Positions 40,538-49,802 are shown, numbered from the stretch's first letter. The stretch is 64,000 bases of DNA from Syntrophales bacterium (GCA_034678725.1 JAXDBM010000033.1:1308-65307), one strand, 5' to 3'. Translations and numbers: made by a program. The notes: a model not told the origin generated them from the letters alone.

Positions 40538-41764
40538 TCATATAACGCGCACATGCGGAATGGGCACGATAAAACGCCCGCCCCATTCCCGAATGTGGCC
40601 CATCTGTTCCATGATTTCCTCTTTGATGTTCCAGGGCAGGATCAGGACATACTCCGGCCGGTCCTCCCGAATCCGGTCCGGGTGCCGGATCGGGATGCGG
40701 CTTCCGGGCAGGTAGCAGTTCTGCTTGTGGGGGCTCCGATCCACCGTGTAGTCCAGGAAATCCGTGCGGATCCCGCAGTAATTCAAGAGCGTGTTCCCCT
40801 TGGCCGGCGCACCGTAGCCGACGATCCGCTTTCCCTCGTTCTTGAGGCCGATGAGGAGCTGCAGGAGGTTTCGTTTCACCGCCTGAACCTCATTCTGAAA
40901 CCCCAGGTAGTGTTCGATGGCTCCGTAACCCCGGTTTTCCTCGCTCGCCTTCAACTTGGCGACACGGGGGGATATGGATTTGCCCGAATCCTCGGCATGG
41001 GCGGCAAAGATCCGGAGGGAGCCGCCGTGGGTCGGAAGCTCCTCCACGTCGAAAATGATCAGTCCATGCTCCCGGAAGATCCGCTCCACGGCCAGGAACG
41101 AGAAATAGGAGAAGTGCTCATGATAGATCGTGTCGAACTGGGTTTCTTCCATCAATCTGGCCAAGTGAGGGAATTCCATCGTAATCAGACCGCCCGGCTT
41201 CAGGGCTGTCTTCAATCCTTTGACGAAATCGTTCAGGTTGGGGTTGTGGGCGAGGACGTTGTTCCCAATGATCAGGTCGGCCTGCCTTCCGGCCCGGCGC
41301 ATGCCCTCCGCGTAAACCTGATCGAAAAAAGTGATTTCCGTGGGGATGCCTTTGTCCCGGGCCACATGGGCCGTGTTGGCGGCCGGTTCGATGCCAAGGA
41401 CGGGAACGCGATGCCTGCCGAAATACTGGAGCAGATAGCCGTCGTTACTCGCGATTTCAACGACGAATTTGTTTTCGTTCAGGCCGAACCGCTCCACCAC
41501 CATATCGACGTAGTTTTCACAGTGCTTCAGCCAACTGTCCGAGTAGGATGAAAAATAGGCGTACCCCTCGTGGAAAATGTCCTGCGCCTTTTCGAATTCC
41601 TCCAGTTGCACCAGCAGGCAGTTGTGGCAGACATACACATCGAGGGGATAGTAGGGCTCCATCTTGTGGAGGTCTTCTCCGCTTAGGTAGGAATTGGAAA
41701 GCGGCGAGGCGCCGAGGGACAGGAAAAGATGCCGCAGCGGCGTGTTGCAGAATCGACATTCCAT
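40538..41764 (-). CDS. NDP-hexose C-methyltransferase (SAM-dependent, Zn-binding)
   Basis: CRFC/CHNC, EIASNDGYLL, FDTIYHEH, THGGS, GYGAPAKGNTLLN, LPWN. Confidence 0.9.
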   Translation of the reverse strand: MECRFCNTPLRHLFLSLGASPLSNSYLSGEDLHKMEPYYPLDVYVCHNCLLVQLEEFEKAQDIFHEGYAYFSSYSDSWLKHCENYVDMVVERFGLNENKFVVEIASNDGYLLQYFGRHRVPVLGIEPAANTAHVARDKGIPTEITFFDQVYAEGMRRAGRQADLIIGNNVLAHNPNLNDFVKGLKTALKPGGLITMEFPHLARLMEETQFDTIYHEHFSYFSFLAVERIFREHGLIIFDVEELPTHGGSLRIFAAHAEDSGKSISPRVAKLKASEENRGYGAIEHYLGFQNEVQAVKRNLLQLLIGLKNEGKRIVGYGAPAKGNTLLNYCGIRTDFLDYTVDRSPHKQNCYLPGSRIPIRHPDRIREDRPEYVLILPWNIKEEIMEQMGHIREWGGRFIVPIPHVRVI

Positions 41765-41800
41765 GGTTTTTTGTCTCCCTGTTTTCAGAACAATGGGGCC

Positions 41801-42913
41801 TTATACATGAGGCAAGACCAGTTCCGCAACCATTTTTGCGATGGCCAGGGAAGCGGTCAGGCCCGGCGACTCGATGCCAATGAGATTGACGAGCCCCGGC
41901 AGCCCTCTGTCCGATTCTTCGCGGATCACGAAGTCACGGGTTTTCTCTCCCGGACCCTGCAGCTTGGGCCGAATGCCGGCCATGTCGGGCGTCAGGGCGC
42001 TACGCTCCAGACCCGGAATGATCTTGGATGCGCCTGCAAAGAACAGATCTTTCTTCTCCTCCTCGACCCGGTAGTCGATTTCGTCGACATATTCCACGTC
42101 CGGGCCGAAGCGAAGGCGCATGCCCATATCCAGCGTGGCATGAACGCCGAGCCCGGCCAGTTCTTCGTGGGGGACGGGATAGACGAGCATCTTCACCGGT
42201 GAGGGTTTCTGATAAGAGAAATAGGAGCCCTTGCACGGCTTGATCCGATATGCCAGTTTCTCCACGTCGAGCCCTGCCATTCCGGCCACCCGGTCCGATT
42301 GAAGCCCCGCCGCGTTGATGACGACACGCGACTGGAAGCGGTACCGGCCTTCCTTCACGCCGGCCACGAAATGGTCATTTTCCCGGGAAAGCCGATCCAG
42401 TTCGCTGTTGAACGCAAAGGTTACGCCCCGGTCCGTGGCGGATTTGTACAGGCATGTCATCAGCGCATGGGAGTCCACGATCCCCGTCCGCGGCGAATAC
42501 ACGGCCGCAATGCCGTTCGTGTGGGGCTCGATGCGCCTCAGGTCAACGGCGTCCAGCATGGCGAGGTCCGGGACATCATTGGCGGCGCCTCTTCGGAAGA
42601 CATCATCCAGCGTCGCCAATTCTTCAGGGGATGTGGCGATGATCACCTTGCCCAGCTTCAGGTGGGGAATGCGGAAGGTTTCACAGAAAGCGTAGAGCCG
42701 CTCCGCCCCTTCCCGGCACAGAAGGCTCTTCAGAGAGCCCTTCGGATAATAGATGCCGGCGTGGATCACCTCGCTGTTGCGGCTGCTCGTCTCCCGGCCG
42801 AAGCGATCGTGCTTTTCGAGGACGACGACATCCCGGCATTTCAAGGACAGCTCCGCCGCGACCGCCAGGCCCACGACGCCGGCGCCGATGATCGTAATGG
42901 CCGCTTTATCCAT
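41801..42913 (-). CDS. FAD-dependent oxidoreductase (LhgO/L-2-hydroxyglutarate oxidase-like)
   Basis: GAGVVG, TSSRNSEVIHAGIYY, LGVHAT, GIRPKL, GIESPGLTASLAIA. Confidence 0.88.
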   Translation of the reverse strand: MDKAAITIIGAGVVGLAVAAELSLKCRDVVVLEKHDRFGRETSSRNSEVIHAGIYYPKGSLKSLLCREGAERLYAFCETFRIPHLKLGKVIIATSPEELATLDDVFRRGAANDVPDLAMLDAVDLRRIEPHTNGIAAVYSPRTGIVDSHALMTCLYKSATDRGVTFAFNSELDRLSRENDHFVAGVKEGRYRFQSRVVINAAGLQSDRVAGMAGLDVEKLAYRIKPCKGSYFSYQKPSPVKMLVYPVPHEELAGLGVHATLDMGMRLRFGPDVEYVDEIDYRVEEEKKDLFFAGASKIIPGLERSALTPDMAGIRPKLQGPGEKTRDFVIREESDRGLPGLVNLIGIESPGLTASLAIAKMVAELVLPHV

Positions 42914-42947
42914 GCCGAATCAGCCGAATCAAAGGTGCCCCGCCGTC

Positions 42948-44006
42948 TCAAGAATGGTTGCGGAACGTCCAACGCAGCTGCTCGTCCAGGCAGCCCCGTT
43001 CTCTCAGGGAATCGATGATCTTCAGCCTCATGAAGTTCGTGTTCCGGAAGTTCTGCTCCCGGAAAGTCATGGCCTCCAGCCCGTCCCTCAACTCCCGAAT
43101 GGTTGTGTCCAGATCGAACAGCGGCTGGTGATCCGGCGCCAGCGACCGGAACAGGCCGAAATTGACCCGATAGGAACGCTTGTCCGGCTGGGCGTTCTTG
43201 TTGATGGAAACCTCTGTGCCGGGGATGATCATTGCAACGGCCTCTGCCAGATCCCGCACCTGGTAGTTCCATTCATTCGCCCCGACATTGACCACGAGAA
43301 AGGGCCCTCCCGCGGCGAGCGGTCGCTCCAGCCCCCAGTCGATCGCCCTGGCCATGTCCTTGATGTGAATCAGCGGGCGCCATGGCGTCCCGTCGCTCAG
43401 AATGGTGATCTTGCCGGACGCGACGGCGGAAGCCACAAAATCGTTCAGAACGAGATCCAACCGCAACCGTTCACTCATTCCGCAGGCCGTTGAAAACCTC
43501 AGGCAGGTGACCCGGAACGCTTCGCTCGCCAGCGGTTTCAGTTCCTGCTCCGTGAAGACCTTGGAACGGGCGTAGGCCGTCAGGGGGTTCAGGGGCGAGC
43601 CTTCCGTCATGGCGCGCTCCTCGGCAAAGCCGTAGGTGCTGCAACTGGATGCAAAGACGAAGGACCTGACGCCGGCCGACTTTGCCCGGGCCGCCAGGGC
43701 CACCGCCGAACGGTAATTGATGTCGAGGGTCACCGCCTCGTACTTGTTTCCCATGGGGTCATTGGAAATCGCCGCCAGATAGACGATGCCGTCAACGCCG
43801 TGCAGGATCTCTTCCGGAAAGCTTCGGACGTCACCAAAGTACTGTGTGTCCAAATTACATTCCGGGAGGTGATCCGCGCGGGTCAATTGGCCGGCGAAGT
43901 ACCCCATATCATAGCCGATGAGCGTCGCGTCAGGATGGCTCTCCCGAAGGCGCTTTACCACGGAGGGCCCGATATAGCCCATGTTGCCAGTAATCAGAAG
44001 TTTCAT
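42948..44006 (-). CDS. NAD-dependent nucleotide-sugar epimerase/reductase
   Basis: ITGNMGYIG, AAISNDP, YARSK, LRFSTACG, DGTPWRP; ATG 44006 after GAGGA. Confidence 0.9.
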   Translation of the reverse strand: MKLLITGNMGYIGPSVVKRLRESHPDATLIGYDMGYFAGQLTRADHLPECNLDTQYFGDVRSFPEEILHGVDGIVYLAAISNDPMGNKYEAVTLDINYRSAVALAARAKSAGVRSFVFASSCSTYGFAEERAMTEGSPLNPLTAYARSKVFTEQELKPLASEAFRVTCLRFSTACGMSERLRLDLVLNDFVASAVASGKITILSDGTPWRPLIHIKDMARAIDWGLERPLAAGGPFLVVNVGANEWNYQVRDLAEAVAMIIPGTEVSINKNAQPDKRSYRVNFGLFRSLAPDHQPLFDLDTTIRELRDGLEAMTFREQNFRNTNFMRLKIIDSLRERGCLDEQLRWTFRNHS

Positions 44007-44030
44007 GACGATCCTCATTCATCTCAATGC

Positions 44031-44114
44031 ATCCGGACCTTTGAGCGGGCCGAAATTCCGTGGCCCGGCCAGCCACATGCGAAGCAATGTGTAAGAAATC
44101 ATCTCAGTCCGGAT
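44031..44114 (-). promoter_or_regulatory. Candidate structured cis-regulatory RNA (three-way junction)
   Basis: Outer stem 44031-44045/44103-44114 enclosing hairpins 44046-44067 and 44074-44091. Confidence 0.45.
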
Positions 44115-44135
44115 CCATACAGTTTGTGGGTGTTT

Positions 44136-44489
44136 TCAGGTGGTTTGAACCGAGACCAATGAGGGTGGAGCACGGTCAAGAAGGGAAATCAAGCAAATGA
44201 GGGGTGCCTGAAAGTCGATTTCTTCGCGGTTGACGGATGCGTATGAATGTTGCCGGACACCAACGGCGTCTCCGCCTTGGGTTCGATCAAAGATAGGTTT
44301 GAAGCAGATATGAATGCCTTTATTGTCAACTTCCATACCTTCAAGGACGGCAACGCTGATATTCAATGGCTTCCATGGTTCCGAAATATCGTACAACCCG
44401 GACAACAGGAATGAAACCGTGAGGAAAAGGCAGAGGATTGCTTTTTTTGAGATGACGCGTTTCTGTCTGGTCATAATTCCGAAGGGCAT
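44136..44489 (-). CDS. Small membrane-targeted leader ORF with C-terminal RAPP motif (candidate arrest peptide)
   Basis: Basic N-region plus hydrophobic helix; ends LLDRAPPSLVSVQTT; directly behind a consensus promoter. Confidence 0.62.
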   Translation of the reverse strand: MPFGIMTRQKRVISKKAILCLFLTVSFLLSGLYDISEPWKPLNISVAVLEGMEVDNKGIHICFKPIFDRTQGGDAVGVRQHSYASVNREEIDFQAPLICLISLLDRAPPSLVSVQTT

Positions 44490-44516
44490 GCCGCCAAAGC
44501 ATTGCGAACGCCGCGA

Positions 44517-44545
44517 ATTATAGGGCAGATGGCTTCAGGTGTCAA
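44517..44545 (-). promoter_or_regulatory. Perfect consensus sigma70 promoter
   Basis: TTGACA-N17-TATAAT on the minus strand. Confidence 0.85.
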
Positions 44546-44637
44546 TGAATTAAAGGGGATACAATCCTTCTTGGGTGATTCAATTTTGAAAGATCCAAGA
44601 TTCCGAAACCTCAGATCTCGTCGGTCATTCAGGAAAT

Positions 44638-45474
44638 TCAACGAGCCTTTCCGCCACGGTTCATGTCCAATGATTCGTTCGATTCACTTTGCCGATGTAC
44701 GGCAGATGCCTTCAGCAGCCCTTCCGGTGAACCGATGTCCAGGTATCCATGCCGACGAAAGAAGATGCTCTGCGTCTTAATCCCCTCGCGGACGCCGGCC
44801 TGGATGACGTGCCCCACCGTCAACTCTTCGGGCAGTTGCGTACCGGGCAGTTGCGCGGAAGTCCGGGGCACGGCGAGATAGTCGTGGAGAAAGTCGGTGA
44901 AGGTCGCTGTCCATACGGCAAACATCCATCCCAGCTTCAGATTTCTCTCGCACGGTTTGGGTATGACCTCGCGCACCCGGCCGTCGCGGTCGACGGCGAC
45001 CATGTCCGAAAATCCGGCCTGGTGGATCCGGTAAAGGCCCAGCACGAGGTCGGCCTTCGTTTCCGACTGCCGGTTCAGGGCCTTCCGGAACGCGTCGGCC
45101 GGGCCCAGCAGGATGTCCGGGAATCCCAGTGCCACCCGCTTGCCCTTCACGAAAGGGTATGCCTGGTCAAGCGTGTAGGGAGGGCCGTAGGGCAGCGCGG
45201 CAATCAGGTAACCCAGATCCATGCCGAAGGAGGCGCCGTCGCCGTAATAGTCCGGAATGTCCCACTTGCCCCTGCGCAGGATGAAGAATGCCTTCCGCAC
45301 GCCGCCGCGGCGAAAAAGATCCAGAAGGTAATGTGAGACCACTTTGGGATGCAGCAGGCCGATTTCATTTTTTTGGAGACCCACCGGAAGGATCTCCTTG
45401 CTGCAGGGCAGGGGTGCGATTCGCGTGGCATAACCACCGCAGGGAATGAGACCGATGACTTCGCTGTCCGGCAT
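44638..45474 (-). CDS. Sugar-phosphate nucleotidyltransferase (RmlA-like family)
   Basis: GLIPCGGYATRIAPLPCSKEILP, KWDIPDY, GFPDIL, YLDIGSP; start moved to ATG 45474. Confidence 0.8.
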   Translation of the reverse strand: MPDSEVIGLIPCGGYATRIAPLPCSKEILPVGLQKNEIGLLHPKVVSHYLLDLFRRGGVRKAFFILRRGKWDIPDYYGDGASFGMDLGYLIAALPYGPPYTLDQAYPFVKGKRVALGFPDILLGPADAFRKALNRQSETKADLVLGLYRIHQAGFSDMVAVDRDGRVREVIPKPCERNLKLGWMFAVWTATFTDFLHDYLAVPRTSAQLPGTQLPEELTVGHVIQAGVREGIKTQSIFFRRHGYLDIGSPEGLLKASAVHRQSESNESLDMNRGGKAR

Positions 45475-45533
45475 GATGGCAAAAGATTGATCAGGAGTTA
45501 CGGGATCGGAGGCGTTTCCGGACCTGAGCCGTT

Positions 45534-46502
45534 CTATTCCGCTGTCATCCACGAAGGGTTCTCGGAGGGTTTGATGTCCTGTTCGCCCAGGTGCTGCGTG
45601 CGGACGCCGATGCGCCGGCCTTCGTGCAGGAAATAGGCGGTCTGCTGAAGCCCTTCGTTCCCCCTGTGAAGAAGCTCGATCAGCTCCTTCGCGTTGCGTG
45701 GGGCTTTGAGGTCGATGCATTCGGAATTCCGCCCGATGCTCCCGTCGGGGTGGTCTGCGACGAATTCCACGCGCACGTAAACGCGCTGTCCGTCCGCGAC
45801 GAAGTAGGCCGCCGGGTAGGGGGGATAGGTCCTCGCGCGAAGTAGATTCAGGAGTTCCCCCGCGGGATATTCTTTATCCAGATCGATGTGGTCAAGCGTC
45901 GCCAGCACGCCGCGCCGGTGTTCCGTGGCCTTCGAATGGTCCTGGGGTATGCGCGCGTATTTCCCTTCACGAATGAGCGGCCAGGTTTCCTTGAAGAAAT
46001 CCACCATGCCGCAGGTGATCTTCTCATGGAGCGATCCCCCCGTATCGGTCGGTTCGACGGGGATCCGGCGCTGGGTGATCAGATCGCCGGTATCGACGCC
46101 CGGGTCGATGAAATGGATGGTCATGCCCGCAGGCGATCCGTCAAGGATCGGCCATACATTCGTGTACCAGCCCCGGTTCCAGGGCAGGTAGGCCGTGTGG
46201 AGGTTGATGCACCCCACTTTGAACACCTGCAGCAGGTCCGGCTTCAGGATGTATCCGAACCATCCCGATATCCCGATGTCCGGCTCCAGTTCCTTGAACC
46301 GGGCCACCGTCTCCGGGTTTCTCAGCTCCGGGGCGCGCCAGACACGGTCTGCCGGCATGTCCAGTGCGTCGAGGATCTGCCGCGCGAAACGCTCGTCGCT
46401 CTCCGGCTGAACCACCAGAGCCACGATATCCTCATTGCGCTCACGGAGCCATTGTGCGACTTTCCATCCGCCCCAGTTGTTGAGAAAAAGAATGATTCGC
46501 AT
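45534..46502 (-). CDS. N10-formyl-THF-dependent formyltransferase (sugar N-formyltransferase-like)
   Basis: CINLHTAYLPWNRG, TIHFIDPGVDTGD, NLLRART. Confidence 0.85.
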   Translation of the reverse strand: MRIILFLNNWGGWKVAQWLRERNEDIVALVVQPESDERFARQILDALDMPADRVWRAPELRNPETVARFKELEPDIGISGWFGYILKPDLLQVFKVGCINLHTAYLPWNRGWYTNVWPILDGSPAGMTIHFIDPGVDTGDLITQRRIPVEPTDTGGSLHEKITCGMVDFFKETWPLIREGKYARIPQDHSKATEHRRGVLATLDHIDLDKEYPAGELLNLLRARTYPPYPAAYFVADGQRVYVRVEFVADHPDGSIGRNSECIDLKAPRNAKELIELLHRGNEGLQQTAYFLHEGRRIGVRTQHLGEQDIKPSENPSWMTAE

Positions 46503-46528
46503 GATCCTTCTCTTTTTTTCCGTCGATG

Positions 46529-47476
46529 TCAGGTCTTTCGCCGCGAACGGCTTTTTTTGAGCTCTTTTGTGGCCGGCGTGACTGGTGTCAAGTCGATTTC
46601 CGGGTGGGGAGAAACGCCCCGGACCGCCTGAAAATAGCCCGTCTGCAATTCTTTGAGAAGCGGTGAATTCTCCGGGAGCGGGCGCCCTTCGATCATTTTG
46701 ACCGGCACCACTTCGGCCAGCGTGCCGCAGATCGCCAGCTCATCGGCGACCACCAATTCGGTGCGGTCGATCGGTCGCCTTTCGAAAGGGATTCCCTTCG
46801 TGCGGGCGAGCGCTTCGATGGCCTGCACCGTGATGCTCTCGAGGGCGCCTTCGGTCGCAGGCGGCGTGCAGACCGTTCCTTCCCGCACCATGAGGATGCA
46901 CGATCCGGTGGCTTCGGCCACGCGGCCCGACTGGTTCAGCAGCACCATGTCCTCGCATCCGATCGCCCGACCCTCGATCCGGGCCAGGCGGGCCACCTGA
47001 TAGTTGCTGCCGGTCTTGATGCGGGCCGGCAGCGAGACATCGGGGCTCCTCCGCCAGGTGCTTACGCCCAGGCTGATCGGTTTGGGCAGGGCCGTTTCCG
47101 CTTGGTAGGCCGTAATCACCAGTTCCGCCTTCGTGCCCTCGCCCCAATGGCCCTGAGTCGCAAATAGCGTGGTCCGGAGCCACATTTCCTTGTCGGGCTG
47201 GACCAGGGCTTCGGCCAGTTCGCGAATGCATCGGGTGAACTTCTCGTAGCTGTGTTCAAAGGGGATGTAAAGCAGGCGGGCGGAGCGCTGCAGGCGTTCG
47301 TAATGGTGTCGCAGCATGACGATGGCCAGGGACCCGTCCGGCTGGCGGTAGGCCTTGACACCCTCGAAGACGTTGAGGCCCCGTATGGCGGCCTCGCATC
47401 CGACATGCAGGGTGGCTTCGTCCCAGAGGCGAAGCCGGCCGTTCATGTGCACAAACTTGGGTTTCTGGAGTTTCAT
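46529..47476 (-). CDS. PLP-dependent aminotransferase class IV (BCAT/DAAT-like)
   Basis: VFEGVKAY, HYERL..SA, IKTGSNY (PLP Lys), EATGS, LESIT, GTLAEV. Confidence 0.88.
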   Translation of the reverse strand: MKLQKPKFVHMNGRLRLWDEATLHVGCEAAIRGLNVFEGVKAYRQPDGSLAIVMLRHHYERLQRSARLLYIPFEHSYEKFTRCIRELAEALVQPDKEMWLRTTLFATQGHWGEGTKAELVITAYQAETALPKPISLGVSTWRRSPDVSLPARIKTGSNYQVARLARIEGRAIGCEDMVLLNQSGRVAEATGSCILMVREGTVCTPPATEGALESITVQAIEALARTKGIPFERRPIDRTELVVADELAICGTLAEVVPVKMIEGRPLPENSPLLKELQTGYFQAVRGVSPHPEIDLTPVTPATKELKKSRSRRKT

Positions 47477-47580
47477 GATCTCAATCCTGTCAAGTGTATG
47501 ATTTCATTTCGGTTCCGAAACGATTGCCGTGCGGTTTTTCATCCGTTTCGACGGATGGCCGAAAGCTTTCGGTCGGGCGA

Positions 47581-47609
47581 GACATACGGGAGGCGGTTGC
47601 ATTTGTCAA
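47581..47609 (-). promoter_or_regulatory. Possible sigma70 promoter of the aminotransferase-formyltransferase unit
   Basis: TTGACA-N17-TATGTC. Confidence 0.4.
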
Positions 47610-47694
47610 GCGGGAACTCGAACCCGCCTTCTTCACGCTTCGGTTGGTGCATGACGCAACGGGTGCTTTTCCGTCGATCCTTCCGCCGCGGGTG

Positions 47695-48708
47695 TCACGC
47701 CCCCGGGATATATTCATAATCCTTGATGAAAGATTCCTGCTTCAGGACATGTTTGAAGACCAGGTAGGTCAGGGGCCGGCTCCAGAGGATGCTCGCCCGC
47801 AGTGCGGTGAAGCGGGGATCCAGCAGGATGGAGCGGTAGACGTCCTTCTCGTTTGCCTTCAGATAGTTCATGATGGCTTGTTCATTGGGTCTGTTGTTCA
47901 TCAGGAGGGCCCGGACGATGATCTGGACGAAGTACCGTTTCAGCATCCGCCGCCGCCATCGTTGCAGCGTTTCCGGCGGGAATGCCCCAATCGAGAGGGC
48001 GTACCGGTAGGGGGAATCGATGTAGGCGACGTTCTGAAGGTCCAGGTCCAGGTCCTGCTTGAATGTCGCGCTCGAGCCATGCCGACGCCAGACGCCGACG
48101 AACCGGTTGATGAAGCCAACCTTCCGGCCAATGATGAGCTTCAGAAGGTTTTCCCAGTCGGTGCTCCTTATGTTGTAGTCGTAGAAGCCGACCTCCATGG
48201 CCCGCTTCCGGTCGTGCACGACGCTCAGGGATGTCAGCGAGTAGCCTTTATGGTAGTTCAGGAAGAGCCAGTTGCCGTCCATGACAGCCGGCAGGTCGCT
48301 GTTGACCTTGTCCGAAACGAGAGTGTGATCGCGCTCGTAGAAGGATCTCGTCCTGCCGAAGACCATGATCAGGCCATGGCGCTCGATCATATCGACCGCT
48401 TCCGAGATGTAATGCGGGTCGGTCAGGTAGTCATCGCCGTCCAGATGTTGTGCCAGTTCTCCCGTCGAGTGTTCGTAGAGGGCCTTCTTGAAGTTTCCGA
48501 TCATCCCCAGGTTTACGGGATTCCGGTGATACCGCACCCGGGGGTCAGACAGGTACGGCTGGACGACCTCCGTCGTGTTGTCCGTGGAGGCGTTGTCGCT
48601 GACGATCACTTCCAGATTCGGATAATCCTGGGCAAGGACGGAGTCCAAAGCCTGTCGAATGAAATGCGCCTGGTTGTAGGCCGGGATGGCGACGCTGACT
48701 TTCTTCAT
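47695..48708 (-). CDS. Glycosyltransferase family 2
   Basis: VSVAIPAYNQ, VSDNASTD, NLGMIGNF, LDGDDY. Confidence 0.92.
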   Translation of the reverse strand: MKKVSVAIPAYNQAHFIRQALDSVLAQDYPNLEVIVSDNASTDNTTEVVQPYLSDPRVRYHRNPVNLGMIGNFKKALYEHSTGELAQHLDGDDYLTDPHYISEAVDMIERHGLIMVFGRTRSFYERDHTLVSDKVNSDLPAVMDGNWLFLNYHKGYSLTSLSVVHDRKRAMEVGFYDYNIRSTDWENLLKLIIGRKVGFINRFVGVWRRHGSSATFKQDLDLDLQNVAYIDSPYRYALSIGAFPPETLQRWRRRMLKRYFVQIIVRALLMNNRPNEQAIMNYLKANEKDVYRSILLDPRFTALRASILWSRPLTYLVFKHVLKQESFIKDYEYIPGA

Positions 48709-48891
48709 GATATTCTTAATATTTGTGCGGATGGATTGGCTTCAACGGTCATGGTTCTGTTCCGGTTTCGGGTGTGCCTACTATGGATGGTCCGGTTTGT
48801 CAAGCACAACGCTTCCCACGGCACGCTTTTGAAATCGTTGCATAATATGCGAAAGGCAGATGCAGGGGGTGGAGCGGATGGAACCCTGACG

Positions 48892-49713
48892 TCAATCGAA
48901 CGGGGCCTGATCCTGACGGTCCGGGATATAACGGTTGTAGAGCGGGTGGTCAAAAACATGCAGCGCATACATCGCCTGGCACCATCTGCTTTTGATGATG
49001 CGATACTGGGCTAGACCATGGATCAATGCGATTTTCCGATCCATGTGCTGTTCATTGAATTCCCGAATCGCTAAAAGTTCGCCCGTATATTCATTGTACA
49101 GTTCTTCCCGGCTGCCCATCGTATCATCGAAATAGCAATAGACCCTCGGAAGAAGCCGGCCATGGCCCGATGAGAGGATTTTCATCGCATGAACCGTGGA
49201 GCTGTAGAAATCCAGATCAAAGGCCGCAAATCCGACGGGAGCAATGTCGGTCCGCATGAACTCCGGGACCGTAGTGCCCACGTCGCCCAGAATCAGCCGG
49301 GTCGACTTTTTCAGCTTCGCCCGCAGGCTTTCGCTATCCATTTTATAGAAGCCGCCTTTGAACAGGTAAGGCAAATCCCGGTAATCCGAAGGTGCGGGCA
49401 GGCCGGTCCCCATGTCAAAGCCATAGACATCGAAGCCCACACCGGTGATCTTCGTGACCTCTTCCGCGATCTTTTCCATTTCGAGCAGGCCGTTTCCGGC
49501 GGCGACGCCGAATTCGATCGCTGCGAGATGTTTTATGCCGAGGCTTCTTGCCTGCTTTGCGGCATGGAACATCGCGTAGCCGTAATTCGGACGCATCAAG
49601 CCGTCCAGGGCAAGCCTGAACTCAAAAGTCCCGATGGGAACCCTTCTCAGAAGGTTGCTGATCGCCACCGCCGGGTTGAACAATCCGGCAAGCACCATCT
49701 CCGTTTTTTTCAT
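48892..49713 (-). CDS. TylF/MycF-like SAM-dependent O-methyltransferase
   Basis: IEFGVAAG, YGFD, GLP, DLDFYSST, FDD pattern. Confidence 0.65.
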   Translation of the reverse strand: MKKTEMVLAGLFNPAVAISNLLRRVPIGTFEFRLALDGLMRPNYGYAMFHAAKQARSLGIKHLAAIEFGVAAGNGLLEMEKIAEEVTKITGVGFDVYGFDMGTGLPAPSDYRDLPYLFKGGFYKMDSESLRAKLKKSTRLILGDVGTTVPEFMRTDIAPVGFAAFDLDFYSSTVHAMKILSSGHGRLLPRVYCYFDDTMGSREELYNEYTGELLAIREFNEQHMDRKIALIHGLAQYRIIKSRWCQAMYALHVFDHPLYNRYIPDRQDQAPFD

Positions 49714-49802
49714 CGCACTACCAAAATTTTCTTAGTAGGATGCTGTTTCGAGTAAATCAGAATAGGGTCTCATAATCCAGCTGCGAAGCGGCTCTGAACG
49801 GA

